Source: an uncultured Chloroflexia bacterium (GTDB lineage Bacteria > Chloroflexota > Dehalococcoidia > UBA2979). From it: a DNA stretch of 64,000 nucleotides. The position numbers and the translations under genes were made by a program. Positions 28,711 through 38,888 of this stretch are shown piece after piece; the first letter of the stretch is position 1; every line of letters begins with the position of its first letter. The stretch is taken from assembly GCA_963728205.1 (NCBI GenBank), contig CAVSIV010000006.1, positions 64,001 to 128,000 on the forward strand, written 5' to 3'. The notes beneath the pieces are model-generated. The model was not told the origin of the DNA and searched no databases. It worked only from the letters and a program-made list of their open reading frames with translations.

Positions 28711-29553
28711 CTAGCCCAGCGGCACCCGCGCCGTCGACAGCATGCTGCGCACGCGCACCGGCAGCGCCTCGGGGCCGCCCGTGCGCCGGGCGAAGGCGTC
28801 GAGGATGGCCTCGCGCTCGGGGACAAACCGCGCGGGCAGCGGCATCCCCTCGGGGTCGACGAAGCCGTGCCGCTGCGCGGCGGCCATCGCGCGCAGGATC
28901 AGGCCGGCGAACGACTCGGGGTCACGGTCGTCATCGAACGCGGGCAGGAAGACCTCGGGCAGCCGCCACTCGCACGCCAGGTGCCGCGCCAGGTCGAGGT
29001 GGGAGCCACCGATCGCGAGCCGCTCGCCCTCCCACAGCAGCAGAGCGTCGGCCTGCGCGCGCTCAAGGCCGCGCAGCGCGAGGTCGGGCTGGTCGTCGCG
29101 CAGCACACGCAGGGCCGCGCAGCGGATGAAGCACGCGGCGAACGCCTCGTCCTCGTGGCGGCCGAGCTTCTCGGTCAGCACGCCGGCGAGCGTCGAGCAG
29201 ATGAACGCCCACTCCCAGAAGTCGTGCGTCTGCGGGTGCACGTGCGCCCGCCCGATCACGTCCGAGATCGCGTTGCCGGCGGTCTGGCAGTGGATGGCGC
29301 GGAAGCCGTAGAAGTCGATCACGTCGCGCGCCGTCAGCGGCTCGTGCTCGGGGCGCGCGAGCGCCGACTCCGCGAAGCCCGTCCTGATGCGCTCCGCGAG
29401 CGAGGCATCGCGGCGCACGAGCCGCGCGAGCTCCTGCCGCGCGAACGGATCAGCGCCGTGCAGCGAGAGCAGCGGGGCGAGCCCGCGGCTGCGGAAGCCG
29501 GACGCGATGCCGGCGAAGAGCTCATCGAGGCGATCGGAGGCGGGTGCGGTCAT
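28711..29553 (-). CDS. HDOD domain protein (degenerate)
   Basis: LARLVRRDASLAERI, FWEWA, E...IGGSH..LA..LA.EWRLP; the LLHDIG motif is replaced by FIRCAA. Confidence 0.7.
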   Translation of the reverse strand: MTAPASDRLDELFAGIASGFRSRGLAPLLSLHGADPFARQELARLVRRDASLAERIRTGFAESALARPEHEPLTARDVIDFYGFRAIHCQTAGNAISDVIGRAHVHPQTHDFWEWAFICSTLAGVLTEKLGRHEDEAFAACFIRCAALRVLRDDQPDLALRGLERAQADALLLWEGERLAIGGSHLDLARHLACEWRLPEVFLPAFDDDRDPESFAGLILRAMAAAQRHGFVDPEGMPLPARFVPEREAILDAFARRTGGPEALPVRVRSMLSTARVPLG

Positions 29554-29821
29554 GGCGAATCCAGGTCGGGCGCGCGCCGGTCATCACGATCATCGACCCC
29601 GCCGGCCTCCGCGCGCAGCGCTGCATGTCCGCCGCCGGACAGATCGATCCGCGGACGCGAGCGTCGACACCGCCTCCGCCCGGCGCCCGGGGACCTCATC
29701 GCACGACGTCCGACCGGGGCACGACGAAAGCGCCGGCGGCGGTCCCCGCCGCCGCCATGCCTTGACGCCTTCCGGACGCGCGACGTATGCACACGCGCGC
29801 ACCGTCCCACAGGAGGTACCC

Positions 29822-30370
29822 ATGAAACGCGCTCTCATCGCCGCAGTGTTCGTCGCGCTCCTCGCGGGCGGCGCCATCCCTGCCGTCGCCGCGGGCGGGC
29901 AGAGCAGCCACGGGATCGACAACCCCGCGGGCAACCCGCTCTACGTGATCATCGAGCAGGTCTGGGATGGCAATCCCGCGCACGCGGCGTCCTGGACCGT
30001 GTGGGGCCCGCGCTACGCGCCGGAGCTCGGCAGCGGCCCCATCCTCGCGTCGTGCCCCGCCGGCGGCGCGCCGTCGTCGTGCATCGACATGTCCGGATTC
30101 AGCTTCGTGCTGAAGGGGAACACGATGCAGCTCGATGAGACGTACGTGCCCGGCGTCGATGCGACGCCGCAGACACACCACGTCGTCCTGCACGACGTGG
30201 ACGGCGACGGCGTCTACACCGGGTCGCTGAGCGCCGAGCGGTACGTCTACGTCGGATCGAACCCGTCCGGCACGCTGTACCACGACCGCATCGACTACCA
30301 GGTCACCGTCACGGACGGCGCGGTCACCGCGTACCGCTACCTCGAGTACGAGCACAAGAAGGTGAAGTAG
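29822..30370 (+). CDS. Secreted hypothetical protein
   Basis: AGGAGG RBS, MKR signal peptide, DVDGDGVY Ca-binding-like motif; TTGACG-18-TATGCA upstream (29762-29791). Confidence 0.8.
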   Translation: MKRALIAAVFVALLAGGAIPAVAAGGQSSHGIDNPAGNPLYVIIEQVWDGNPAHAASWTVWGPRYAPELGSGPILASCPAGGAPSSCIDMSGFSFVLKGNTMQLDETYVPGVDATPQTHHVVLHDVDGDGVYTGSLSAERYVYVGSNPSGTLYHDRIDYQVTVTDGAVTAYRYLEYEHKKVK

Positions 30371-30413
30371 CCCGGCGAGCCGGCTTCCGCAGGTCGCGCC
30401 TGATCGCCGCCCG

Positions 30414-32129
30414 TCACCCCGACGGCCGGCGACGCCGCGCAACCCAGAGCCCGCCGGCAATCGACACGAGCACCGCGGCCAGGACGACGGTCGCCCCGAC
30501 GAACACCCCCACGCGGCGCGTCGCCCGGCGGGCGACCCCGGGCGACGCCGGCGTCCCGCTCGCGCCCGCACGCGCCGTCGCGCTCGCCGCGGTTGCCGAC
30601 ACCGCGGGCGGCGTCGGCGGCGCGACCGACGCCTGCGCGGGCGGCGTCGGCGGCGCGCTCGGCTGCGCGCCGACGCCGCAGACCGCGCCGTCCTGCGGCA
30701 CCGCCAGCGTCAGCAGGTACGCGTCGACCACCGTGTCGACGCACGCGTTCTCCCCGTAGGCGGTGTGGCCGTCGCCGTCGCGCGTGAGCAGCACGCCCGA
30801 CGGCAGCGCCGCCCGCGCGCCGAGCGCCCACGAGAATGGCGTCGCGGGGTCGCGGGTCGTACCGACGACGAGGATCGGCGGGGCGCCCTGCGGGTGCACG
30901 CGCGGCAGCGGCTCGGGCGCGACCGGCCATACCGCGCACAGCACGCCCTCGCTCGCCAGCGCACCGCCGAACGTGGGCCACTTCGCCGAGAGCGCCAGCG
31001 CGAGGTCGATGTAGGAGCCGCGGTCGCGCGGGTAGGCGTAATCGAGGCAGTTCACCGCCGCGTTCATCTCCATCTCGTTCGAGTAGCCGTTCGGGCCGCG
31101 GCCGAGGTAGTCGTCGGTGAGCCGCACGAGCGCGGTGCCGTCGTCCTTGAGGGCATGGCTGAGCGCGGTCGCGAGCGTCGGCCAGGTCTCCGGCCGGTAG
31201 AGCGCGGTGACGACGCCGAGCAGCACCTCGCCGGGCCCGGCCGGGCGGTCGGCGCCGGGCGCGGGGATCGGCTGCTGACGCGCGGCGGCGAGCACGCGCG
31301 GAATCGCGTCGCGCGGGTCGGCGCCGCCGAACGCCAGCGGGCAGCCGCTCTCCTGCGTGCACTGTGCGAGGAACCGGTTCAGCTCCTGCTCGAAGCCGGC
31401 GGCCTGGCCCGCGGAGAACTCGTCGGGCGTGAGGCCGACGTCGACCGGCCCGTCGAGCACGATCGCCCGCACGCGATCGGGGTACGCGTTCGCGTAGAGC
31501 TGGCCGAGCACGGTGCCGTAGGAGAAGCCGACGTAGGTGAGCTTCGCCTCACCGAGCGCCTGGCGGATGCGCTCCATGTCGCGCGTCACGTCCATCGAGC
31601 CGAGGTGCGGGAGGAGGTCGGGGTACTGCTGAGCGCAGTCGTCGGCGAAGGCCCGGCTCACCGCGAAGACCTCATCCCACGCGGCGCTCGTCTGCGGATC
31701 CGGGTCGGCTGCGACGAGCTGCTGCAGCGTGCGGTGGCACACGAGTGCCGGCGTGCTGCCGCCGATGCCACGCGGGTCGAACCCGACGATGTCGAAGCGC
31801 GCGCGGATCTCGGCGGGCAGCGACCGCGCCCACGCCCGCGCGAAGTTCACGCCGGACGCGCCGGGCCCCCCCGGGTCGGTGAGGATGGAGCCGATGCGCT
31901 GCGCGGGGTCGGTCGCGGGGAGGCGGATCAGGGCGATGTGGACCTGCGCGCCGTCGGGCTTGCCATAGTCGAGCGGCGCGTCGAGTGTGCCGCACTCGAA
32001 GCCGCCGCCGCACGCGGACCAGGCGACGGCGGGTGGGGCGGACGTGGTCTGGGCGAAGGCGGGCGGGGTACCGGGCGCGCCCCCGCCGAGCAGGAGGACG
32101 ACGCACACCGCAAGAGCGACGACGGCCAT
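30414..32129 (-). CDS. Secreted alpha/beta hydrolase (TAP-like S33 peptidase) with C-terminal membrane anchor
   Basis: PLDY, PGGPGASG, GFDPRG, GFSYGT, DPATP, GHTAY; Pro/Ala linker, TM segment, RRRR tail. Start uncertain. Confidence 0.9.
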   Translation of the reverse strand: MAVVALAVCVVLLLGGGAPGTPPAFAQTTSAPPAVAWSACGGGFECGTLDAPLDYGKPDGAQVHIALIRLPATDPAQRIGSILTDPGGPGASGVNFARAWARSLPAEIRARFDIVGFDPRGIGGSTPALVCHRTLQQLVAADPDPQTSAAWDEVFAVSRAFADDCAQQYPDLLPHLGSMDVTRDMERIRQALGEAKLTYVGFSYGTVLGQLYANAYPDRVRAIVLDGPVDVGLTPDEFSAGQAAGFEQELNRFLAQCTQESGCPLAFGGADPRDAIPRVLAAARQQPIPAPGADRPAGPGEVLLGVVTALYRPETWPTLATALSHALKDDGTALVRLTDDYLGRGPNGYSNEMEMNAAVNCLDYAYPRDRGSYIDLALALSAKWPTFGGALASEGVLCAVWPVAPEPLPRVHPQGAPPILVVGTTRDPATPFSWALGARAALPSGVLLTRDGDGHTAYGENACVDTVVDAYLLTLAVPQDGAVCGVGAQPSAPPTPPAQASVAPPTPPAVSATAASATARAGASGTPASPGVARRATRRVGVFVGATVVLAAVLVSIAGGLWVARRRRPSG

Positions 32130-32337
32130 GCGGCGCGCGACGCGCCCGGGGTGCGGGAGCCCGGCTCGAGGCATGCGCACAAGCATGCATGGCGCGCGGA
32201 TTAGCGGGCAGTCCGGAGGGCGCTGGAGGTCGAGCGGCATGCGCTCGAGGATGGTCGCCTTCGCAAGCGGCGGCAGACACGCCGCCGAACTCGGCGGCGG
32301 CGGCCGCCGCCGGCAGGGGGCCGGCGGACGCCGCCGT

Positions 32338-33957
32338 CTACGCCGGGGTCTCGACCTCGAGCTCGCCCTCGGCGTACTGCGCGCGCAGCACCTTCTTGTC
32401 GAACTTGCCGACCGACGTCTTCGGCACGGAGTCGATGAACGTCCACCGCTCCGGCAGCCACCACTTCGCGACCTGCGCGGCGAGCGCGTCGCGCAGCTCG
32501 GCGGCGGTCACCTCCGCGCCGGGCGCGCGGACGATGCACGCCATCGGCCGCTCGTCCCAGCGCTCGTCGGGCACGCCGATCACCGCGGCCTCGAGCACGC
32601 CGGGGTGCGCCATGATCGCGTTCTCCAGGTCGATCGAGCTGATCCACTCGCCGCCGCTCTTGATCACGTCCTTCGCGCGGTCGGTGATCTGGATGAAGCC
32701 GTTGGACTGCACCGTGCCGACGTCGCCCGTGCGCAGCCAGCCGTCGTGGAACTTGTCGGGCGCGGCGTCCAGGTAGTACGCGCCGGTGATCCACGGCCCG
32801 CGCACCTCGATCTCGCCCTGGGCCACGCCGTCCCACGGCTGCTCCGTGCCGTCGTCGGCGCAGATGCGGAGGTCGACGCCGGGCAGCACCCGGCCCGTGC
32901 GCGCGCGCCACTCGCCCTCGAGCTCGCGCGGGGCGTGCTTCGGCACGCGCGCGATCGCGCCGAGCGGGCTCGTCTCGGTCATGCCCCACGCCTGCACGAC
33001 CTCGACGCCGAAGCGGTCGTTGTAGGCCTCGATCAGGCTACGCGGCACGGCCGACCCGCCGCAGACCACGAGCCGGAGCGACGAGAGATCGGCCTCCGCG
33101 GCGTTGTGCAGGACGTCGTTGAGCACCGTCGGCACCGCGCCGGACACGGTCGGCCGCGTCTCCTGGATGATCCGCGCAAGCGGAGCGGCCTGGAGGAACT
33201 GCTGCGGGAAGACGAAGTCGGAGCCGACCCACCAGCCGGCGTACGGCATGCCCCACGCCATCGCATGAAACATCGGCACGATCACGAGCAGGCGGTCGTA
33301 CTGGTTGATGCCGATCGCCTCGCTGCTGGTGATCGCCATCGAGTGGAGCCACGTCGAACGGTGGCCGTAGAGCACGCCCTTCGGGTTGCCGGTGGTGCCG
33401 CTCGTGTAGCACATGGCCGCGCCGGACAGCTCGTCGAGGTCGGGGTAGGCGAAGCCGGGTTGCTCCGCGGCGAGCAGCGTCTCGTAGTCGAGCGTCGCGC
33501 CCAGCGCGGAGGTGTCGGCGCCGGAGGCGTCCTGCCGCACGATGATGTGCTGCACCGTCTTCAACTCGTCGCGCACGCGCGCGAGCAGCGGCGCGAGCGA
33601 CTGGTCGCAGACAATGACGCGATCCTCGGCGTGATTGATCACGTACGAGAGCTGCTCGGGGAAGAGGCGGATGTTGAGCGTGTGCAGCACGGCGCCCATC
33701 GAGGGGATGGCGAGGTACGCCTCGAGGTGGTGCTGGTTGTTCCAGCAGAAGGTGCCGACGCGGTCGCCCTCGCGCACGCCGAGCCTGGTGAGGGCCGCTG
33801 CGAGCTGATCGGCGCGGTCGCCGACCTCCGCAAAGGTGGCTTCCTGGAAGCCCTCGCCGGTAAACGTGAGCACCTTGCTGCCCGCGTGCACCCGCCTGCC
33901 GTGCAGGAAGACCTGCTGCAGCGTGAGCGGGTAGTTCTGCATGGTTGAGACGGGCAT
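32338..33957 (-). CDS. Medium/long-chain acyl-CoA ligase (AlkK-like)
   Basis: YTSGTTGNPKG, WGMTETSP, WLRTGD, DRAKDVIKSGGEWISS, PKTSVGKFDK. Confidence 0.95.
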   Translation of the reverse strand: MPVSTMQNYPLTLQQVFLHGRRVHAGSKVLTFTGEGFQEATFAEVGDRADQLAAALTRLGVREGDRVGTFCWNNQHHLEAYLAIPSMGAVLHTLNIRLFPEQLSYVINHAEDRVIVCDQSLAPLLARVRDELKTVQHIIVRQDASGADTSALGATLDYETLLAAEQPGFAYPDLDELSGAAMCYTSGTTGNPKGVLYGHRSTWLHSMAITSSEAIGINQYDRLLVIVPMFHAMAWGMPYAGWWVGSDFVFPQQFLQAAPLARIIQETRPTVSGAVPTVLNDVLHNAAEADLSSLRLVVCGGSAVPRSLIEAYNDRFGVEVVQAWGMTETSPLGAIARVPKHAPRELEGEWRARTGRVLPGVDLRICADDGTEQPWDGVAQGEIEVRGPWITGAYYLDAAPDKFHDGWLRTGDVGTVQSNGFIQITDRAKDVIKSGGEWISSIDLENAIMAHPGVLEAAVIGVPDERWDERPMACIVRAPGAEVTAAELRDALAAQVAKWWLPERWTFIDSVPKTSVGKFDKKVLRAQYAEGELEVETPA

Positions 33958-34385
33958 GGCGGCCTCCTTCGGCTCGGGACGCCGCGATGATACGAGTTTC
34001 GCGGCGCTCGAGATCCTCCTCCGCCCGCGTCGGCCGGGACCGACGCGACCGTGCTCGGCGCGCGGTCGGGCGGAGCGTGAGCGCAATGTCCGGACCGGTA
34101 CCGAGCGGCTATCGTGGTCGCCGTTCACGAGCCGGCGTCCGTGACCGGCGGCGACACAGCGTTCGTGCCAGGGTCCCGCGGGCGCAGGCGGCGCAGGTGG
34201 CGCGGCGGGGCGGGGTGGCGGCCGAACCGCGGCGGCCGGCGGTCTTCGTCAGCCGGCCGCTGCCGCCGGACGAGCTCGTGGCATGGCACGCGTCGCCCCG
34301 CCGACCCGCCGCAAGCATCGCCCCAACCCCGCTCAGCGCCTACGCTTCGTCCCGCGGGCCTGCCCGCGCCGCCGCCGCCCCACGG

Positions 34386-35480
34386 ATGGTCGAACCCGGG
34401 AGACCGCCCGTGATCACGAGCTGGATTGGTGGTCAGCTCGGCGCGCTGATCGCCGACCACCTCCTCATTGCCGTCGCGCTCATCCTCTTCATCGAGGAGC
34501 TCGGCATCCCGATGCCGGTCCCGGGCGACCTGATCATGCTGGCCGCCGGCGTCGAGGTCTCGCGCGGCAACCAGACGCTGTGGGCCGTCCTCCTCGTCGA
34601 GGAGGCCGCGACCGTGGCCGGGTCGACGGTGCTGTTCTTCGTCAGCCGGCACGTCGGGCACCCGCTCGTCGAGCGCTTCGGCCGTTACATCGGGTTCGGG
34701 CCCGACCGGCTCGACCAGGTCGCCGAACGCGTGAACCGGCACGCCGGCCGGGCCATCATCGCGGGGCGCCTGATCCCGGGGCTGCGCATCGTCAGCGTGA
34801 TCGCGGCCGGCGTCGTCGAGGTCCCGGGCCGAGTGTTCGTGCCGTCGCTCGCGCTGGGCGCCGGGCTGTACCTCGCGGGCTACACGCTCGTCGGGTACTT
34901 CGCGGGGCCGCCCGTGCTGTCGTTCTTCGCCGGCGTCGCGATCCCGGTGTCGGGCATCCTCTCGCTGATCGGGCTCGGGGTGCTGTTCGTCCTGATGCGC
35001 ATGTTCCGACGCGCCGAGCACATCGGCCCGTTCGCGCAGGAGACGGCGGGGCGCACGGTGGTCGGCGGCGTGCTGGCCGCGGCAACGGGCGTGCTGGCGT
35101 CGAGCCTGGTGATCGCGATCGTCGGCTTCGTCGGACGGCTGACCGGCGGCACCGCGGCGCCGTCGCCGGAGCACACGAGCGGCGAGCTCGAGCTGCTCTT
35201 CGGCTGGCCGCTGTTCTTCGCCGTGGCGATGGTGATCGTGGCGATCTTCACGTGGGCGCGGCTCGACCGGCTGCCGCTCGTGGGCCGGCTGATCGTGACG
35301 GCGGCGCTGCCGTTGGCCGCGACGCTGCTGCTGCTCGACCCGCTCACCGACATCTCGCGCGTCGGCCTGCCGGCGACGGACGCGGTCGCGCTCTCCGCGG
35401 TGACGGCGCTGCGGTGGGCCGCGTTCGCGCTGGTGTTCGAGTGGCTCCCGCTCCGCGAGGCGCGCGTGCCCGTGAAGTAG
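34386..35480 (+). CDS. DedA/VTT family membrane protein with extra C-terminal TM domain
   Basis: EELGIPMPVPGD, GRLIPGLR motifs; start at 34386 or 34410. Confidence 0.85.
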   Translation: MVEPGRPPVITSWIGGQLGALIADHLLIAVALILFIEELGIPMPVPGDLIMLAAGVEVSRGNQTLWAVLLVEEAATVAGSTVLFFVSRHVGHPLVERFGRYIGFGPDRLDQVAERVNRHAGRAIIAGRLIPGLRIVSVIAAGVVEVPGRVFVPSLALGAGLYLAGYTLVGYFAGPPVLSFFAGVAIPVSGILSLIGLGVLFVLMRMFRRAEHIGPFAQETAGRTVVGGVLAAATGVLASSLVIAIVGFVGRLTGGTAAPSPEHTSGELELLFGWPLFFAVAMVIVAIFTWARLDRLPLVGRLIVTAALPLAATLLLLDPLTDISRVGLPATDAVALSAVTALRWAAFALVFEWLPLREARVPVK

Positions 35481-35589
35481 CGGGGCGCCCCCCGGCGCGG
35501 GGGGACGCCGTGCTACGTTGGATGCGATGCGCGAGCCCGGCGCGGTGCCGGCGCAAGGCGCGTCCATAGCAGACCGAGCGGAAGTGCGG

Positions 35590-35772
35590 ATGGCACGCAA
35601 GCCCAACTACTCGTACGAGCGCTTCGAGCGGGAGCGGCAGAAGACCGCGAAGCGCCAGGCGAAGGCCGAGGCGAAGGCGGCTCGCAAGCGCGAGGGCGAC
35701 GCCGACGGGGAGCCCGACGGCGTCGACGCCGAGCCCCGCGCGACCGCGGAGCAACCCTCCGAGCGCGCGTAG
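35590..35772 (+). CDS. Small basic/acidic hypothetical protein
   Basis: MARKPNYSYERFERERQKTAKRQAK...; coding-like composition. Confidence 0.7.
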   Translation: MARKPNYSYERFERERQKTAKRQAKAEAKAARKREGDADGEPDGVDAEPRATAEQPSERA

Positions 35773-35776
35773 CGGG

Positions 35777-36421
35777 CTACGCCCCGGGCGCGGCCTCCGG
35801 CCGCGCCCACCCGACCAGCCACGCCCCGGTCAGCAGCACGACCGCGAGGAACGCGAGCGGCGCGAGCGCGTCGAGCGCTGACGGGATCGCGCCCACGCCG
35901 AGCCCGGCGCGCAGCAGCGCGGCGACCGCGGCAAGGGCGGCCAGCGCGCGCAGCCCGCGCGGCAGGCGTCGCGACTCCACCGTCACCATGAAGCACCAGA
36001 ACGCGATCGCGAGAAAGAGCAGCGCCTCTGCGAGGTCGCTGCCGCGCGTCCAGCGGTGCACCCACGCCGATCCCTGCCCGGACCTCGCGATCCCCGTGAG
36101 CACGAGCGGCGGCACCAGCGCGAGCCAGGCGGCTGCCGTGAGCATCGCGGCGGCGACGCGGATGCCCGTCCACGTGCGCGACGTCGCGCCGCGCACCGCG
36201 TAGCCGCCCAGCCCGGACGCGTAGGCGAAGAAGACGGCCGCGGCCACGGCGAGCGCCGCGCGCGTGAGCAGCACGGCGGCCCGGTGCGCCGCGTAGAAGT
36301 CGGCGACCTCCGTCGCGGGCCGGCCCCCCGCCGGGAGCACGAGCGCGCCGCCGGCGAGCGCGAGCAGCGCGCACGCGACGCCCAGCAGCCCGAAGCGACG
36401 AGGGTCGGCGCGGCCGGGCAT
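35777..36421 (-). CDS. Integral membrane hypothetical protein (6 TM)
   Basis: Six hydrophobic segments; EVADFYAAHR loop. Confidence 0.65.
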   Translation of the reverse strand: MPGRADPRRFGLLGVACALLALAGGALVLPAGGRPATEVADFYAAHRAAVLLTRAALAVAAAVFFAYASGLGGYAVRGATSRTWTGIRVAAAMLTAAAWLALVPPLVLTGIARSGQGSAWVHRWTRGSDLAEALLFLAIAFWCFMVTVESRRLPRGLRALAALAAVAALLRAGLGVGAIPSALDALAPLAFLAVVLLTGAWLVGWARPEAAPGA

Positions 36422-36769
36422 CAGTCGGATCCTCTCGCGAGCGACGCGGCCGGGGCGGCGGCGGGCGGCGGCGGGGCGGCGGCGGGGCGGCGGGCGCGAT
36501 CATCGCCGCGCGCGCCCACGAGCGCCACGGCGCTCGCGCACACCAGTGCCAAGACACGCGCCCGCCCGATGCCGCCACCGCCACAGCCGCAGCGCCGCAC
36601 GACCGCGGCCACGCCAGCCGCAGCGCGCGCACGGGACCCGCAGGGGGCGAGCGCGCCTAGACGCCGAGCGCCCGCCGGCGTCGGCCGGTGGGGCGGCTCG
36701 CTGCCGGCCCCACCCGCGACGCGGCGGGCGCGTCCCTATCGCCTCCCGGCCCGTCCGGGCCCCGAGGGA

Positions 36770-37495
36770 TTACGGAGTGACCGTGATGCTCACGCTCCAC
36801 GTCTGCGTCGGCGGCACGGACTCGAACGGCCGCGCGTACTGCATCGACAGCGTCACCGTGCCGGGCCCCTGCGCGACGAAGTCGAAGACCTGGTGCCCGT
36901 CGGCGCCGAGGAGGTCGGACGACGGCACGAAGAACGGGTCGCCCTGCTGCACGAGCACCGACGCGCTCGGCGCCGGGTTCGCCGTCCACGTGTAACCGGT
37001 CGACGGGTTCGCGGTCAGCGCCACGCGGACGCGATCGCCCGTCCCGACGGTGATGGCCGCGCCGTTGTTGGCATCGGTCAGCCGCGCCGAGACCGGCGTC
37101 CCGCCGTTCGCGCAGCGCGCTGCGAAGATGTCACCGGTGCGCAGCCGCGCGGGGAAGTCCTGGTTCACGAAGTCGGGAGCGCCCGGCACGAACATCGACC
37201 AGCGCCCGCCGGCGAACCAGCCGATGCCCTGTGGCTCGCAGTCCTGGTCGCGCAACTGGAGCATCAGCCGGTCGCGGCTCATGTCCTGGTCCATCAGCAA
37301 CAGTCCCCAGCCGCCGCGGCCGGGCATGTTGCCGTGGAAGCCGACGCCGTTGCCCGGGCCGCTCTGACCGGCCTGGCCTGCTCCCTGGGGCCCCTGCGCA
37401 TGCGCGGGGGTGACGAGCGCGGTCAGGACCAGCGCCAGCGCGGTCACGGCGGCGGTCAGTACGAACGAGACGGCAGAGACGTGACGCTGCAGCAT
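36770..37495 (-). CDS. Secreted protein with C-terminal protease inhibitor I42 (chagasin) domain
   Basis: Signal peptide; NPSTGYTW, LLGADG, YARPFE chagasin motifs. Confidence 0.88.
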   Translation of the reverse strand: MLQRHVSAVSFVLTAAVTALALVLTALVTPAHAQGPQGAGQAGQSGPGNGVGFHGNMPGRGGWGLLLMDQDMSRDRLMLQLRDQDCEPQGIGWFAGGRWSMFVPGAPDFVNQDFPARLRTGDIFAARCANGGTPVSARLTDANNGAAITVGTGDRVRVALTANPSTGYTWTANPAPSASVLVQQGDPFFVPSSDLLGADGHQVFDFVAQGPGTVTLSMQYARPFESVPPTQTWSVSITVTP

Positions 37496-37634
37496 CGGGT
37501 GCCTCACAACAGTCCGGGGGTGCGTTGTGCGTCCAATGGTCGGCGCGCGCGGCCGAGGCCGCAGGGGGCGTACGTCCCGCCGCGTGGGCGCCCTTCGTCC
37601 CGCACCATCCGAGCGCGACCGGTACCATCGGCGC

Positions 37635-38232
37635 ATGCCGTCACCCTCGCACCCGCCCCTGCTGCCCGAGCGGCTCGCGACGGAGCACTTCACCATGGCG
37701 CGGCTCGCGGCGACCGACGCCGCGGCGCTGCTCGTGCACTTCGGCGACCCCGAGGTCACGCGCTATCTCGACATCGACCCGCTGACGGACCTGGCGGACG
37801 CGCTGGGGATCATCGCGTGGACCGGGCGCATCGCTGCGGCCGGCACCGGCGCACGGTGGGCGATCCGGACGCGCGACGGCGCGGCGTGGGTCGGCACCGC
37901 CGGCTTCAACGCGGTCGTCCGCGAGCGGGCGTCGCGCGGCGAGATCGCGTACGACCTGGGGCGCGAGTGGTGGGGCCGCGGCGTGATGCGCGAGGTGATG
38001 CCGGCGCTGCTGCGGGCCGGATTCGTCGACCTCGACCTGAACCGCCTGGAGGCGTTCGTCACGCCCGGCAACGAGCGGTCGAGCCGCCTGCTGGCGCGCC
38101 ACGGCTTCCGGCACGAAGGCCTGCTGCGGCAGTACGGCCGCTGGCGCGCGCGCGACTGGGACCAGGAGATTCTGGGGCCTGCTGCGCGCGGAATGGTCGC
38201 TCCCCGGGCCCGCCGCGGCCGCGCGCGCGTGA
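37635..38232 (+). CDS. GNAT RimJ/RimL acetyltransferase (+1 frameshift near 38170)
   Basis: GEIAYDL...WWGRGVMRE, LNRLEA..PGNERS.RLL...GF.HEG. The natural ending WGLLRAEW...* lies in the +1 frame. Confidence 0.82.
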
Positions 38233-38312
38233 ACGCGACCGGTCGTACGATGCGAACCGGCGTCGCGCGCGCGACGGCGGACCACCCGGCTCCGGCATGG
38301 GACGAGGCTGCG

Positions 38313-38885
38313 ATGGACGTCTTCGAGGCCCTGGCGACGCGGCGGACCGCCGGCACGTTCGGCCCGGGCTGCCCGCCGCGCGCAACCGTCGAGCGGCTGA
38401 TCGAGGCCGCCACCTGGGCGCCGAACCACCGCATGACGCAGCCCTGGCGCTTCGTGATCCTGGCCGGCGACGAGCGCGCTCGCTTCGGCGAGCGGCTCGC
38501 AGCGTGGCTCGAGAGCGATGCCGCCCCGGCCGACGTCACCCCGCGCTTCATCGAGTCGACGCGCAAGAAGCCGCTGCGCTCGCCAATCGTGATCGCGGTC
38601 GTGCAGCGCGGCACGCCCGACAACCCGGAGATCGACCGGGAGGACTACGCGGCGTGCTGCTGCGCGACGGAGAACCTCCTGCTCGCGGCGCATGCCGAGG
38701 GCCTGGCGGCGCGCTGGAGCACGAGCGAGATGGCGACGATGCCGCCGGCGCTCGAGTATCTCGGCGTCGGCGAGCACGATCGCGTCGTCGCCTACATCTA
38801 CGTGGGCTACCCACCCGAGGGCGGCGCGCCGAAGCGCGCGGAGCGCCCGGCGCCGGTCGTCGACTGGCGCGGCTTCGAGGAGTAG
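38313..38885 (+). CDS. Nitroreductase family protein (YdjA-like)
   Basis: MDVFEAL.TRRT, AATWAPNHRMTQPWRF, NLLLAAHAEGL, YVGYP. Confidence 0.9.
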   Translation: MDVFEALATRRTAGTFGPGCPPRATVERLIEAATWAPNHRMTQPWRFVILAGDERARFGERLAAWLESDAAPADVTPRFIESTRKKPLRSPIVIAVVQRGTPDNPEIDREDYAACCCATENLLLAAHAEGLAARWSTSEMATMPPALEYLGVGEHDRVVAYIYVGYPPEGGAPKRAERPAPVVDWRGFEE

Positions 38886-38888
38886 GCG

